This document shows, in pieces, positions 40,494-50,560 of a stretch of 64,000 bases of DNA. The stretch comes from Deltaproteobacteria bacterium. GTDB lineage: Bacteria > Desulfobacterota > Binatia > UBA12015. The notes below the pieces were generated by a model. The model worked only from the letters and a program-made list of their open reading frames with translations. It made no database searches and was not told where the DNA came from. The stretch lies in NCBI GenBank assembly GCA_046583355.1, contig JAYGCM010000010.1:1-64000 (forward strand), given 5' to 3'. A program made the position numbers and the translations under genes. Within the stretch, counting starts at the first letter, position 1; the number at the start of each line of letters is the position of its first letter.

Positions 40494-41428
40494 GCGCCAA
40501 ACCTACACGTGTCGCGGTGGTCGGAACCGGCCATCTCGGAACCTACCATGCTGAGAAATACGCAGCGATCGAAGGCGTCGATCTGGTCGCGGTGGTGGAC
40601 GTCGATATCGAGCGTGCCCGCGCTCTCGGCGAGCGCCTCTCGTGCGGCGCCAAGAGCGATTATCTCGAACTCATCGGCGAGGTCGATTGTGTCAGCGTTG
40701 CGGTGCCGACAAGTCTGCACCGCCTGGTCGCGGGCCAATTGCTCGAAGCTGGCATCGATTGCTTGGTCGAGAAACCGCTGGCGGCCAGTAGTGCCGAGGC
40801 CGAAGAGTTGGTCGGCTTGGCCCGCGCAAACGATTGTATCCTTCAGGTCGGGCACCTGGAGCGCTTCAACCCGGCCTTGATCCGCTTGGCCGGCATGATC
40901 CGCCGACCGCGTTTCGTCGAATGCCATCGCCTCGCCCCGTTTACGCCGCGCGGGGCCGATGTGGACGTGGTGCGCGACCTGATGATCCACGACCTCGATC
41001 TGATCGCGCTTCTGCAGCCGGCCGAGATCGTCAGCATCGATAGCGTCGGAATCAAAGTATTGACGCAAAACGTCGACCTCGCCAATGTCCGCCTGCGTTT
41101 TGCCGACCGCTGTGTCGCCAACCTGACGGCGAGTCGGGTTTCGGCCAAACGCGAGCGCAAGCTACGGCTGTTTCAATCCGACCTTTATATTACGATTGAC
41201 CTGGGCGAGCGTAAGGCAGGGGTCGCGCACCGTCGCGTCGCCGAGGATGGAACTCTCTCGATTGAATGGGAGGACCTGGATCTGGGTGAGGGCGATGCGC
41301 TCGAAGCACAGATCCGTGCGTTTGTGGCCTCGGTGCAGACGCGCGCGCGTGCGGCGACGACCGGCGAAGATGGCACCCGCGCGCTGCATCTTTGCGAGCG
41401 CATCCTCGCCTCGATGGAGACCGAATGA
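40490..41428 (+). CDS. Gfo/Idh/MocA oxidoreductase, GnnA-like
   Basis: GTGHLG, EKP, VGHLERFNP, DLMIHDLD, ASRVS. Lies between lpxI and lpxB. Confidence 0.85.
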   Translation: MSAKPTRVAVVGTGHLGTYHAEKYAAIEGVDLVAVVDVDIERARALGERLSCGAKSDYLELIGEVDCVSVAVPTSLHRLVAGQLLEAGIDCLVEKPLAASSAEAEELVGLARANDCILQVGHLERFNPALIRLAGMIRRPRFVECHRLAPFTPRGADVDVVRDLMIHDLDLIALLQPAEIVSIDSVGIKVLTQNVDLANVRLRFADRCVANLTASRVSAKRERKLRLFQSDLYITIDLGERKAGVAHRRVAEDGTLSIEWEDLDLGEGDALEAQIRAFVASVQTRARAATTGEDGTRALHLCERILASMETE

Positions 41429-42552
41429 GCTCTGGCCCGCGCGTTTTGATGGTCGCGGGGGAGGCCTCGGGGGATCTGCGCGGCGCCGAATTGATTGAGG
41501 AATTGCGCCGCCGGGTACCCGATCTGCAACTCTCGGGCGTAGGTGGTGAGCGTCTGCGCGCCGCCGGCATGGAGATTCTCGTAAGCGCCGAGGAACTCTC
41601 GATCATGGGGATCACCGAGGTCTTTGCCCAGGCCGGGACGATTCTGCGCTCCTATGCCAAGATCCGGCGCGCCATCCGCGGCCAGAACGGCGCGCGCCCG
41701 GACCTCGTGATTCTGATCGATTTTCCGGATTATAATCTGCGTCTGGCCCGGGTGGCCAAGCGCGTGGGCGTCCCGGTTTTCTATTATATCAGCCCGCAGG
41801 TCTGGGCGTGGCGTCGCTACCGAATCAAAACTCTGGCGCGCCGGGTCGATCGCCTCGCCGTCGTCTTCCCCTTCGAAGCCGAACTTTTCACGGGGCTGAC
41901 GCAGGTCGATTTCGTCGGCCATCCGGCGCTGGAAACCGTACGTGCCGAACGCTCCCGCGAAGAAGTGCGTGCTGATCTGGGCATCCCTGAAGGCAAACGA
42001 TTGGTCGCGCTTTTGCCGGGCAGTCGCAATGCCGAAGTCGCCTCGCTGCTGCCGTCCATGTTGGGTGCCCTGGAGCAGCAGGATAACGTCGCCGGTGTGA
42101 TTGCCCTGGCCGGCGAGAGGCTGCGCCCGGCGGTCAGCGAGGCCGGCGGTGGGTCTCTTCCCATGGTGGTCGGCTCTACCTGGGACCTGGTGGCCGCCGC
42201 CGATCTTGTGCTCCTTGCCTCGGGGACTGCCACGCTCGAGACGGCGCTTCTGGGTACGCCCATGGTGGTCTCCTACCGTCTTTCGGCTTTGACCTATGCC
42301 ATCGTGCGTATGCTCGTGCGGGTCGACCATATCGCCATGCCGAATCTCATCCTCGAGCGCCGTGCGGTGCCTGAGTTGGTGCAAGCCGAGGTGAGCGCCG
42401 AGCGCATGGCGGCTGAGGCGCGAGCGATCCTCGACGACCCGGGCCGGGCAGCGGCCATGCGGGCCGATCTGGCACAGGTGCGCGAGCGTCTGGGCGAGGC
42501 GGGCGCGGCTGGGCGGGCGGCGGCGATCGCAGCTGGGATGCTCGGTCTTTGA
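41425..42552 (+). CDS. lpxB: Lipid-A-disaccharide synthase
   Basis: AGEASGD, IDFPDYN, SPQVWAWR, FVGHP, LLPGSR, SGTATLE. Confidence 0.97.
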   Translation: MSSGPRVLMVAGEASGDLRGAELIEELRRRVPDLQLSGVGGERLRAAGMEILVSAEELSIMGITEVFAQAGTILRSYAKIRRAIRGQNGARPDLVILIDFPDYNLRLARVAKRVGVPVFYYISPQVWAWRRYRIKTLARRVDRLAVVFPFEAELFTGLTQVDFVGHPALETVRAERSREEVRADLGIPEGKRLVALLPGSRNAEVASLLPSMLGALEQQDNVAGVIALAGERLRPAVSEAGGGSLPMVVGSTWDLVAAADLVLLASGTATLETALLGTPMVVSYRLSALTYAIVRMLVRVDHIAMPNLILERRAVPELVQAEVSAERMAAEARAILDDPGRAAAMRADLAQVRERLGEAGAAGRAAAIAAGMLGL

Positions 42553-42620
42553 ACCTCGCCCTTGGCTGCCATGCGGCGGCTTTGGACCGGGTGGCGGGAA
42601 TCCGTTAGGCAAATGCTTCG

Positions 42621-44408
42621 ATGGCGGAGCCTTCCAATTACCGACGCCTGCTGAACTATCTTCGTCCCCATATCTGGCCGCGCTTTGCCGTTGCCATCAT
42701 GGCGACCATCATTTTCAGCGCAACCAATGGTGTCTTGCCCTTCCTGATTCGCTTCATCTTTCAGGACATCTTTGACGACAAGGATGTCCAGAAGCTGGCG
42801 ATCATGCCCTTTGCCGTGCTCGGCCTCTTTCTTTTTCGTGGGGTCGCGAATTTCGCCAGCAGTTACCTTACGGAATGGGTCGGCCAGCGCGTCATTGCGG
42901 ACCTGCGGGCGGACCTGAATCGCGCCATCCAGCATCTGCCGCTTTCGTTCTTCAACCGCACGCCCAGCGGCACGATCGTATCGCGCATGACCAGCGATGT
43001 CTCGCAGGTCAGCGCCTCGGTCACCCAGGCGTCGATCATCATCCTGCGTGACTCGGCCTCGCTGATCGCTACCATCACGGCGGCCTTTGTGATGGATTGG
43101 GTCCTGGCCCTGATCGCCTTCGTCGCCTTCCCCGTGGCGGTTTTGCCGGTATTGGGCATTTCGAAGAAGTTGCGAGGCTATTGGAAGAAGGGCCAGGAGA
43201 CGCTGGGCGGGCTGGCCTCTTTGGTGCAGGAGACGGTCCAAGGCAATCGCATCGTCAAGGCGTTCAGCATGGAGGCCTATGAGAAGGAGCGCTTCGAGGC
43301 CGAGAACGAGCGCCTTTTCGTCTATTATAAAAAAGCCGCGCGCTCACGTGCCATGGTCCAGCCGATCATGGAGAGCCTCGCGGCCGTCGGGATCGCGGCC
43401 GTGCTCGGCTACGGCGGGTATAGCGTGATCGAGGGGACGCGTACTACCGGCGATTTCATGGGCTTCATTACCGCCCTGATTCTTGTTTATGACCCGTTCA
43501 AAGGTCTGGCGCGTGTGAGCACCACCATTCAGCAGGGCCTTGCTTCGGCCGACCGTGTCTTCGAGATCATCGACGAAGAAAGCGATGTCGTTGAATTGGC
43601 GAATGCCCCCGCGTTGGCGCCGCTCACCGAAGGCATCCGTTTCGAGAATCTCGAATTCCGCTATCCCGCACGCGCGGGCGAGGTGGCGGGCGAGACGGCG
43701 GCCGCACTCGACGGCATTGACCTCACGCTTGCGCGTGGTGAGGTGGTGGCCCTGGTCGGTGCGAGTGGCTCCGGTAAATCGACCATGGCCGACCTGCTGG
43801 CGCGTTTCTACGACCCGACCCGCGGCCGGATCACCTTCGATGGCAAGGATATCCGCGAGGTTTCGCTCGACTCCTTGCGCGACCAAATCGGCATTGTCAC
43901 GCAGCAGACCTTTCTCTTCAACGATACCGTGCGTGCCAATATTGCCTACGGCGGCGAGTCGGGCGGCGAGGAAAGGCTCCTGGCCGCCGCGCGTGCCGCC
44001 CACGCCCATGAGTTCATCGTGAAGTTGCCGCAGGGCTACGATACGCCGATTGGCGAATCCGGCGTCACGCTCTCGGGCGGGCAGCGCCAGCGTCTGGCGA
44101 TTGCGCGTGCTCTGCTGAAGAACGCACCGATTCTGATCCTTGACGAAGCGACCTCGGCACTCGACTCGGAGTCCGAGCGCCTGGTACAGGAGGCGATTGA
44201 CCACCTGATGGAGGGGCGCACGAGTCTGGTCATTGCGCACCGCCTTGCGACCATCCGCCGCGCGCATCGGATTATAGTGCTCGGTTCCGGCCGTATCCTG
44301 GAAGAGGGAACGCACGAAGAATTGCTCGCGAGTGCAGGCGCCTATCGGCGCCTGCACGACCAGCAGCGATTGGCAGAGCCATCACTTCCGGGCGCGGAGC
44401 GCGGATGA
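42621..44408 (+). CDS. msbA: Lipid A flippase MsbA
   Basis: ABC TMD plus NBD (GASGSGKS, LSGGQRQR, DEATSALD) inside the lipid A cluster. Confidence 0.88.
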   Translation: MAEPSNYRRLLNYLRPHIWPRFAVAIMATIIFSATNGVLPFLIRFIFQDIFDDKDVQKLAIMPFAVLGLFLFRGVANFASSYLTEWVGQRVIADLRADLNRAIQHLPLSFFNRTPSGTIVSRMTSDVSQVSASVTQASIIILRDSASLIATITAAFVMDWVLALIAFVAFPVAVLPVLGISKKLRGYWKKGQETLGGLASLVQETVQGNRIVKAFSMEAYEKERFEAENERLFVYYKKAARSRAMVQPIMESLAAVGIAAVLGYGGYSVIEGTRTTGDFMGFITALILVYDPFKGLARVSTTIQQGLASADRVFEIIDEESDVVELANAPALAPLTEGIRFENLEFRYPARAGEVAGETAAALDGIDLTLARGEVVALVGASGSGKSTMADLLARFYDPTRGRITFDGKDIREVSLDSLRDQIGIVTQQTFLFNDTVRANIAYGGESGGEERLLAAARAAHAHEFIVKLPQGYDTPIGESGVTLSGGQRQRLAIARALLKNAPILILDEATSALDSESERLVQEAIDHLMEGRTSLVIAHRLATIRRAHRIIVLGSGRILEEGTHEELLASAGAYRRLHDQQRLAEPSLPGAERG

Positions 44409-45130
44409 AGGCATTGCCGCGCGGGTCGAGGCGCGAGCGGGCCTTCGTGGCGGTTGCGGGTTTCCTGATCCATCTCGTCCTGCGGATTCTTTGGTGGTCG
44501 ACACGCCATGAGTTCCTCGGTGGCGATGTTCTGCTGGCACGTTTTGCCGCGGCCGAGCCGGTGATTCTCACGTTCTGGCACGGCCGCCTCATGATGATGC
44601 CCTTTGCTTATTCGGGCGGCGGCGCCTGCATCATGAATAGCCGCCACCGAGATGGTGCGATTATTTCGCGCGCCATCGAGCGGCTCGGCATCGAAGTCGT
44701 GCACGGCTCGAGCACGCGCGGCTGGGTGGGCGGACTCAAGGGGTTGCTGGCAGCGCACCAGCGCGGGCGCGACCTGGTGGTTGTCCCGGATGGGCCCAAG
44801 GGCCCGCGTTGTCAGGCCAAAAGTGGTGTAGTGCAACTCGCGCGCGCAACCGGCGTGCCGATTTTTCCGGTCGCGTTCTCGGCTTGTCGCTATACTTATT
44901 TGCGCAAAAGCTGGGATCGTATGCTGATTCCCAAGCCCTTCACCATGCTCTTTTTTGTTGTGGCGGAGCCGGTTTCGGTAGCAGCCGATGCCTCGGTAGA
45001 GGAACTCGAGGCGGCGCGGGTGCTGGTCGAGGAGCGTCTCAGCGAGGTCAGTCGGCACGCGGATCAATGCGCCGGTATGCCGCCTGCGGTCTCCGGCGAG
45101 CTTCTGAATGATGATAGGGCCGCGGCGTGA
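44405..45130 (+). CDS. DUF374 (LpxJ-like) acyltransferase
   Basis: FWH, SRHRDG, GSSTRG, PDGPKGP, SWDR, PKPF. Confidence 0.85.
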   Translation: MKALPRGSRRERAFVAVAGFLIHLVLRILWWSTRHEFLGGDVLLARFAAAEPVILTFWHGRLMMMPFAYSGGGACIMNSRHRDGAIISRAIERLGIEVVHGSSTRGWVGGLKGLLAAHQRGRDLVVVPDGPKGPRCQAKSGVVQLARATGVPIFPVAFSACRYTYLRKSWDRMLIPKPFTMLFFVVAEPVSVAADASVEELEAARVLVEERLSEVSRHADQCAGMPPAVSGELLNDDRAAA

Positions 45131-46410
45131 GTGCGGGGCTGCGGCGCGCGCTGGGCGCCTATAATTGCATCCTTGTCGTTGTCGCCGCCGCTCTTTTCCC
45201 CGTATGGGTGGTCTTCTTCGTGCTGCGGCCCCGTTTTCGCCGTGGCCTGGCTTGCCGCCTGGGAATCGGCTGGCCGACGCGCGTCGCCGACGAAGTGCTT
45301 TGGGCGCATGCTGCCTCGGTCGGCGAGGTGGAGGGCTTGGCGCCGCTGGTCCGGCGCTGGTCGCAGGCGCATCCGGCCGCGCAGATCCTTTTTACGTCCT
45401 TGACGGAAACCGGAGTCGCCACCGCGGCGCGGCTGCTTCCTGCGGCCGATACCCGGCTTGCGCCGCTGGACCTGCCGGGCCTGCCTGCGCGTCTGGTCCA
45501 CCGCCTGCGGCCGACACTTTTTCTTTTCAGCGAGAACGAACTCTGGCCCAATCTATTGGCCGCCATGGCCCGCGAATCCATCCCGACCGTGCAGGTGAGC
45601 GGGCGCCTCTCTGCGGGCGCCGCACGGTTGCTCGGCCGCGTCCCGCGTTTCACCGCCGTGTTGCTGGCCTGCGTCTCGCGCTTTTTGCTGCAAAGCAATG
45701 CCGACCGCGACCGCCTGCTTTCGCTCGGAGTTGCCGAGCCACGTCTTTTCGTCACCGGCTCGCTCAAGGGCAGCGGCGAGCGCCCTTCGGCGCCGGCCGC
45801 GCTGGCGAGTCTGGCTTCGCACGAGCTGATTGTCGCGGGCTCGACCCACCCCGGTGAGGAAGAAATTCTCCTCGATGCCATCCGTGCGCTGCGCCAGACT
45901 CATGCGGATTTACTTTGGTTGCTGGCACCGCGCAATCCCGAACGCTTCGCCGAGGTCGCGGGCCTGCTGGCGCAATGCGGCATCCCTTTCGTGCGGCGCA
46001 CCGAGTTGCGTGGGGCGCGTCTGGGTCCGGATATCCGTATCGTGCTGCTCGATACCGTTGGTGAGTTGGCCGGCTGTTATGGTCTGGCTCGGGTGGCCTT
46101 CGTGGGCGGCAGTCTGGTGCCGATTGGCGGCCATAATTTATTGGAACCGGCACGCTTCGGTGTCCCGATCGTGACCGGCCAGTATCTCCAGAATGTCGAG
46201 GTACTGGCGGAGCGCCTCACTGCCACAGGTGCGCTGCGCCGTGCCGCGAACGCGGTGGAGTTGGCCGCCGAGATCGAGCATTTTCTTCATCTTCCGGCCG
46301 AGGCAGGCGTGGCGGATGCCGCGCGCTCGGTGGCCGCGGAGTCGACCAGCGCACTCGAAGACACCTGGCGCGCGCTGGAGCATCCCAAGCTGGCCGGAGC
46401 GTTCGCATGA
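45127..46410 (+). CDS. waaA: Kdo transferase WaaA
   Basis: WAHAASVGE, ELWPN, GSTHPGEE, PRNPERF, FVGGSL, GGHNLLEP. Confidence 0.95.
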   Translation: MSAGLRRALGAYNCILVVVAAALFPVWVVFFVLRPRFRRGLACRLGIGWPTRVADEVLWAHAASVGEVEGLAPLVRRWSQAHPAAQILFTSLTETGVATAARLLPAADTRLAPLDLPGLPARLVHRLRPTLFLFSENELWPNLLAAMARESIPTVQVSGRLSAGAARLLGRVPRFTAVLLACVSRFLLQSNADRDRLLSLGVAEPRLFVTGSLKGSGERPSAPAALASLASHELIVAGSTHPGEEEILLDAIRALRQTHADLLWLLAPRNPERFAEVAGLLAQCGIPFVRRTELRGARLGPDIRIVLLDTVGELAGCYGLARVAFVGGSLVPIGGHNLLEPARFGVPIVTGQYLQNVEVLAERLTATGALRRAANAVELAAEIEHFLHLPAEAGVADAARSVAAESTSALEDTWRALEHPKLAGAFA

Positions 46411-47525
46411 GCGAGGCGATAGAGGGCGGGTTCCGCGACCGGCTCGTGCGCAGTTGGAGCAGGCGCGGGCCGCTGCGGGTCGCGTTGACTCCGGCCGCAT
46501 GGCTCTTTCGGCTCGGCGTTGCGCTACGGCGGGCGGCCTATCGGGTGGGGCTGGTACGGCCCCGCGCTCCGGGGGTGCCGGTGCTGAGTATCGGCAATCT
46601 GACGGTGGGCGGGACGGGCAAGACTCCGTTTGCCTTGTGGTTGACCCAGCGCCTGGTCGCGGCGGGCTGGCGGCCGGCTCTCGTGACGCGCGGCTATTCG
46701 GGTGCGCTGGCAAAACGGGTTCTGACGGTGGGCGAGGGGGGCCGGGCGCTCTTTTCGGTAGAAGAGATCGGCGATGAGGCGATGTTGCTGGCCGAGCGCG
46801 CCGGCGTTCCAGTGGTTTGCGGCGCCGACCGGGTGGCGGCGGCCGAGAAGGCCGTGGCCGAGCACGGCGTGGACCTGATTGTCCTCGACGACGGATTTCA
46901 ACATTGGCGGCTCGGCCGCTCCGTCGACATTGTTCTGGTCGACGGTATTGCCGGTTTTGGCAACGGGTCCATGTTGCCGGCTGGGCCGATGCGTGAGGGG
47001 CTCGCCGCATTGCGGCGGGCCGACGCGATTGTGGTGACGAAGACCGCCGAGGTCGGTGCGCTGGCCGAGATCTTTGCCCGCGTCGCCCCGGGCGTGCCCG
47101 TCTTCGCGGCCGCTTATGCCCCGGCAGCCGTAGTGCAATCCGAAGAGGGCGTTCTGATCGAGCGCGCGCTTGGCATGGTGGCGGGGCGCAAGGTCGTTAC
47201 GGTTTCGGCCATCGCGGATCCTTCCTCTTTCTACGCTTTGCTCGGTGAGCTTGAGGTGCAGCCGGTCGATGTACTCGAATTTCCCGATCACCATGTCTTC
47301 GATCGGGCCGATTGGCAGCAGATCTCGAAGGTCGCCCACACGGCCGATCTGATCGTCTGCACCGAGAAGGATCTGGTCAAATTACGCGATTTTCCCTTCG
47401 CGCGTGGGCGGCTCGTGGCGCTGCGGCTTGAATTACGCCTCGATCCTGCCGATGAAGAATCTTTGTTGCGCGTGGTCGCCGAAAAGGGTGGTTTGGTGGC
47501 TGGGTGCCAGAGGATCGGTGTGTGA
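46407..47525 (+). CDS. lpxK: Tetraacyldisaccharide 4'-kinase
   Basis: SIGNLTVGGTGKTP, RGY, GDEA, DDGFQH, LPAGPMRE, TEKD. Confidence 0.97.
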   Translation: MSEAIEGGFRDRLVRSWSRRGPLRVALTPAAWLFRLGVALRRAAYRVGLVRPRAPGVPVLSIGNLTVGGTGKTPFALWLTQRLVAAGWRPALVTRGYSGALAKRVLTVGEGGRALFSVEEIGDEAMLLAERAGVPVVCGADRVAAAEKAVAEHGVDLIVLDDGFQHWRLGRSVDIVLVDGIAGFGNGSMLPAGPMREGLAALRRADAIVVTKTAEVGALAEIFARVAPGVPVFAAAYAPAAVVQSEEGVLIERALGMVAGRKVVTVSAIADPSSFYALLGELEVQPVDVLEFPDHHVFDRADWQQISKVAHTADLIVCTEKDLVKLRDFPFARGRLVALRLELRLDPADEESLLRVVAEKGGLVAGCQRIGV

Positions 47526-47569
47526 TTTCGTATCGGCATGTGGTTTAAGGCGCGAACGAGGGTTCTTGG

Positions 47570-48511
47570 ATGTTGGTGTTGGTGACGGGATGCGCGGGCT
47601 TCATTGGCTCGCATGTGACAGAGGCGCTGCTCGCACGCGGCGATCAGGTTCGTGGGATCGATTGCTTCCTTGATTATTACCCGCGCGAGGTAAAAGAGCG
47701 GAACCTCAGCCGGGCCCGGACGAACCCGAATTTTTCCTTTCTCGAGGTCGATCTGATGACGGCCGATCTCGACGCGGCCTGCGCCGGTGTCGATGCCGTG
47801 ATTCATTTGGCGGCCCAGGCAGGCGTGCGCGCCAGCTGGGGCAAAGATTTTTCGATCTATTGCGACTCGAATATTCAGGGCACACAGCGCCTCCTTGAGG
47901 CCTGCGCCGCGAAGAAGACCAGACTGGTCTACTCGTCGTCCTCCTCGATCTACGGGGATGCCAAGGATTTTCCGACCCGTGAAGATACTCTGCCGCAGCC
48001 GATCTCGCCCTACGGCGTGAGTAAGCTGGCCGGTGAGCACCTCTGCCGGCTCTACGCCGTGCAGGCCGATGTGCCGACGATCTCGTTGCGTTATTTTACG
48101 GTCTACGGTCCGCGTCAGCGGCCCGATATGGCGTTTCATAAATTCCTTCGCGCGCAGCTTACGGGTGGCGAGATCGGACTCTACGACGATGGCGAGCAGA
48201 CGCGCGATTTCACCTTCGTTGCCGATGTCGTCCGCGCCAATCTGCTCGCGCTGGAAAATGGCTCGCCGGGCCGGGCCTATAATATCGGCGGCGGCTCACG
48301 CGTTACCGTCAATCATGTGCTCGGTATCATCGGTCGGATCACCGGCAAGGAGCCGAAAGTCGATCGCCAGGGCAAGCAATTGGGCGATGTCCGCCACACC
48401 CATGCCGCCGCCGATCTCGCGCGCGACGAACTCAAATGGGAGCCGCTGACCACCCTCGAAGAAGGCCTCAGTGCCGAACTCGAATGGCTTCGCTCCGAAA
48501 TCGGCTGCTAG
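47570..48511 (+). CDS. NAD-dependent nucleotide-sugar epimerase/dehydratase (UDP-glucuronate epimerase-like)
   Basis: TGCAGFIG, HLAAQAGVR, SSSSIYG, YGVSK, YGPRQRPDMA. Confidence 0.9.
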   Translation: MLVLVTGCAGFIGSHVTEALLARGDQVRGIDCFLDYYPREVKERNLSRARTNPNFSFLEVDLMTADLDAACAGVDAVIHLAAQAGVRASWGKDFSIYCDSNIQGTQRLLEACAAKKTRLVYSSSSSIYGDAKDFPTREDTLPQPISPYGVSKLAGEHLCRLYAVQADVPTISLRYFTVYGPRQRPDMAFHKFLRAQLTGGEIGLYDDGEQTRDFTFVADVVRANLLALENGSPGRAYNIGGGSRVTVNHVLGIIGRITGKEPKVDRQGKQLGDVRHTHAAADLARDELKWEPLTTLEEGLSAELEWLRSEIGC

Positions 48512-48524
48512 AGAAGGATAAATA

Positions 48525-48698
48525 ATGGCATTGAGCAAAGAACTTCTAGAAATTTTGGTTTGTCCGAAATGCAAAGGCGAGGTCGTTCTCGCCGCCGCGG
48601 GCGATAGCCTCGGCTGTCAGGCTTGTGCGCTTCGCTTCCGGATCGAGGACGATATCCCCGTCATGCTGATCGACGAGGCAACGCCGCTTTCGAGCTAG
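48525..48698 (+). CDS. Trm112/YcaR-family protein (57 aa)
   Basis: Translated by hand: MALSKELLEILVCPKCKG...CQAC...IEDDIPVMLIDEA. AAGGA RBS. Absent from the ORF track. Confidence 0.92.
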   Translation: MALSKELLEILVCPKCKGEVVLAAAGDSLGCQACALRFRIEDDIPVMLIDEATPLSS

Positions 48699-48701
48699 CC
48701 G

Positions 48702-49778
48702 ATGGGCGCCGTCCACGCGCAGCGGCCGCCGCAGCGCATCCTGCTGGCGCAGACGAGTTTTCTCGGTGATGTGGTGCTCACCACGGCATTGGCGCGCCGA
48801 CTGCTCGAGGCGTTCCCGGCCGCCGAAGTGCATTGGCTGGTACGGCCGGATGCGCGCGAGATCATCACGCCTCTGGTCGGGCCCGAACGTGTTCTGGTCT
48901 ACGCCAAGCGGGCTGAGGATGCCGGGTATCGAGGACTCCTGCGTCTGGCGGAGCGTCTGGCGGCGCGTCGATTCGATGTGGGCATCGCCGTGCAGCGTTC
49001 CTTGCGTACCGCATTGGTGCTGCGCTTGGCCCGCATTCCCCTGCGCATCGGCTTCTCGCGTGCACCGGGGGCCTTATTCTACAACAAACGCGTGGCCTAT
49101 GTGGGCGCGCATGCGCGTGACCGCCTGGTGGCCCTGGCCGCCGGGCTCGGCGTGGATGTCGCGGCGCCGCCCTTGCCACGCTTGCAAGTAGACGAAGCGA
49201 GCGCGGCAAGCGTGCAGGCACGGCTTGCCGCCGCTGGCGTCGAGGATACGCGCCCTTTGGTGGTGCTCGCACCGGCGGCCGCCTGGGAGACCAAGCGCTG
49301 GCCGCCGCGGCATTTCGCTGCCCTGGCCGAGAGATTATTGGGGCAAGGCTTCGGCCACGCTCTGGTTGTCGGAGCGCCCGGGGACGGCGGGTTGGCGGCC
49401 GCGATTCGCGCGGAGGTGCCGGCAGTGGCTGCGCGGATTCTGGATTGGACCGGCGCGACGACGCTGGCCGAATTGATCGCCTTGATTGACCGAGCCGCGC
49501 TTGTGGTCGCCAACGATTCTGCACCAGGCCATATCGCCGCCGCGCTGGGCAAGCCATTGGTTTCCTGTTTCGGACCAACCGTTGCCGAACAGGGCTTTGC
49601 TCCGCTGGGCGCGTCGGTTGCGTTGGTGGGGCGCGACGACCTCGCCTGTCGCCCGTGCTCGCGCCATGGAACGCGCGTCTGCCCGATCGGCACCCATGAA
49701 TGCTTGGAAGGCCTGGAGGTCGAAGGGGTTCTTGCCGCGTGTGCACGGGTATTTGAGAATGCCGGAGAGAGGCGATGA
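48702..49778 (+). CDS. waaF: ADP-heptose:LPS heptosyltransferase (GT9)
   Basis: FLGDVVLT, WETKRWP, NDSAPGHIAAA, FGPT, CRPC...CP...CL. Confidence 0.82.
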   Translation: MGAVHAQRPPQRILLAQTSFLGDVVLTTALARRLLEAFPAAEVHWLVRPDAREIITPLVGPERVLVYAKRAEDAGYRGLLRLAERLAARRFDVGIAVQRSLRTALVLRLARIPLRIGFSRAPGALFYNKRVAYVGAHARDRLVALAAGLGVDVAAPPLPRLQVDEASAASVQARLAAAGVEDTRPLVVLAPAAAWETKRWPPRHFAALAERLLGQGFGHALVVGAPGDGGLAAAIRAEVPAVAARILDWTGATTLAELIALIDRAALVVANDSAPGHIAAALGKPLVSCFGPTVAEQGFAPLGASVALVGRDDLACRPCSRHGTRVCPIGTHECLEGLEVEGVLAACARVFENAGERR

Positions 49779-50560
49779 TTCCGCCCGGCTACGCGCAGGT
49801 GCGCGCCGGCCTGCTGCTGCGCGTGGGTGATGAGGCGGCGGCGGTCGCGCTTCTTGGCGCCGCGCCGGACGCCGGTCGGGCGGCTACCGAAGGTGGGCGC
49901 GGAACGGCGCGTGCGCATCGCTTGCCGGATGGTCGTGTGGCCTGGGTCCGAAGCTATCGCCACGGTGGTTGGTTCGGCCGCCTCCTCGGCGGCTGGTATT
50001 TTGGTTGGCCGTCGCGGCCCGAGCGTGAGCTACGCGCGACCGAGGCGGCTCGCGCGGCGGGCATCGCCGCACCGGAGATTCTGGCCGCCGAGACCGTGCG
50101 CTGGGGGCCGTTTTACCGGGGCCGTCTGGTGTCCCGCGACGTGGCCGGGCATCGCTCCCTACGCGCGGCATTGCAGGCGACCACCGGCGGCGCCGAGCGC
50201 GAGGCATGGCTCGCGGCCATTGTGCGCGATGTCGTGCGCTTGCACCAAGGCGGCGTGCACCATCCCGACCTGAACTCGACCAATCTACTCGTCGCCGCCG
50301 GCCCGGACGAGGCAATCGCTTTTCTCGATTTTGACCGCGGGCGGGTTTTTTCGCGCGCCGTAAGCGGCCGGTGGCGGCGTCTCGCGCACCGTCGCCTGGT
50401 GCGCTCGCTTGCCAAACTCGATCTGCCGGGGCTCTCGGCAAGCGTCCTCGCGAATCTTCTGGAGCCGGTAAAGACAGGGGGGAGCGTCCTATCGCTCGGT
50501 AAGCCTGTGGCGCGCGATGGCGATCCGTCGCCGGCCGTTGTACGGAAACGCCGAGAATGA
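49775..50560 (+). CDS. LPS core kinase, KdkA-like (Kdo/WaaP family)
   Basis: GGRG, RSYRHGG, LHQGGVHHPDLN, N, LDFD, RLVRSLAK. Confidence 0.8.
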   Translation: MIPPGYAQVRAGLLLRVGDEAAAVALLGAAPDAGRAATEGGRGTARAHRLPDGRVAWVRSYRHGGWFGRLLGGWYFGWPSRPERELRATEAARAAGIAAPEILAAETVRWGPFYRGRLVSRDVAGHRSLRAALQATTGGAEREAWLAAIVRDVVRLHQGGVHHPDLNSTNLLVAAGPDEAIAFLDFDRGRVFSRAVSGRWRRLAHRRLVRSLAKLDLPGLSASVLANLLEPVKTGGSVLSLGKPVARDGDPSPAVVRKRRE

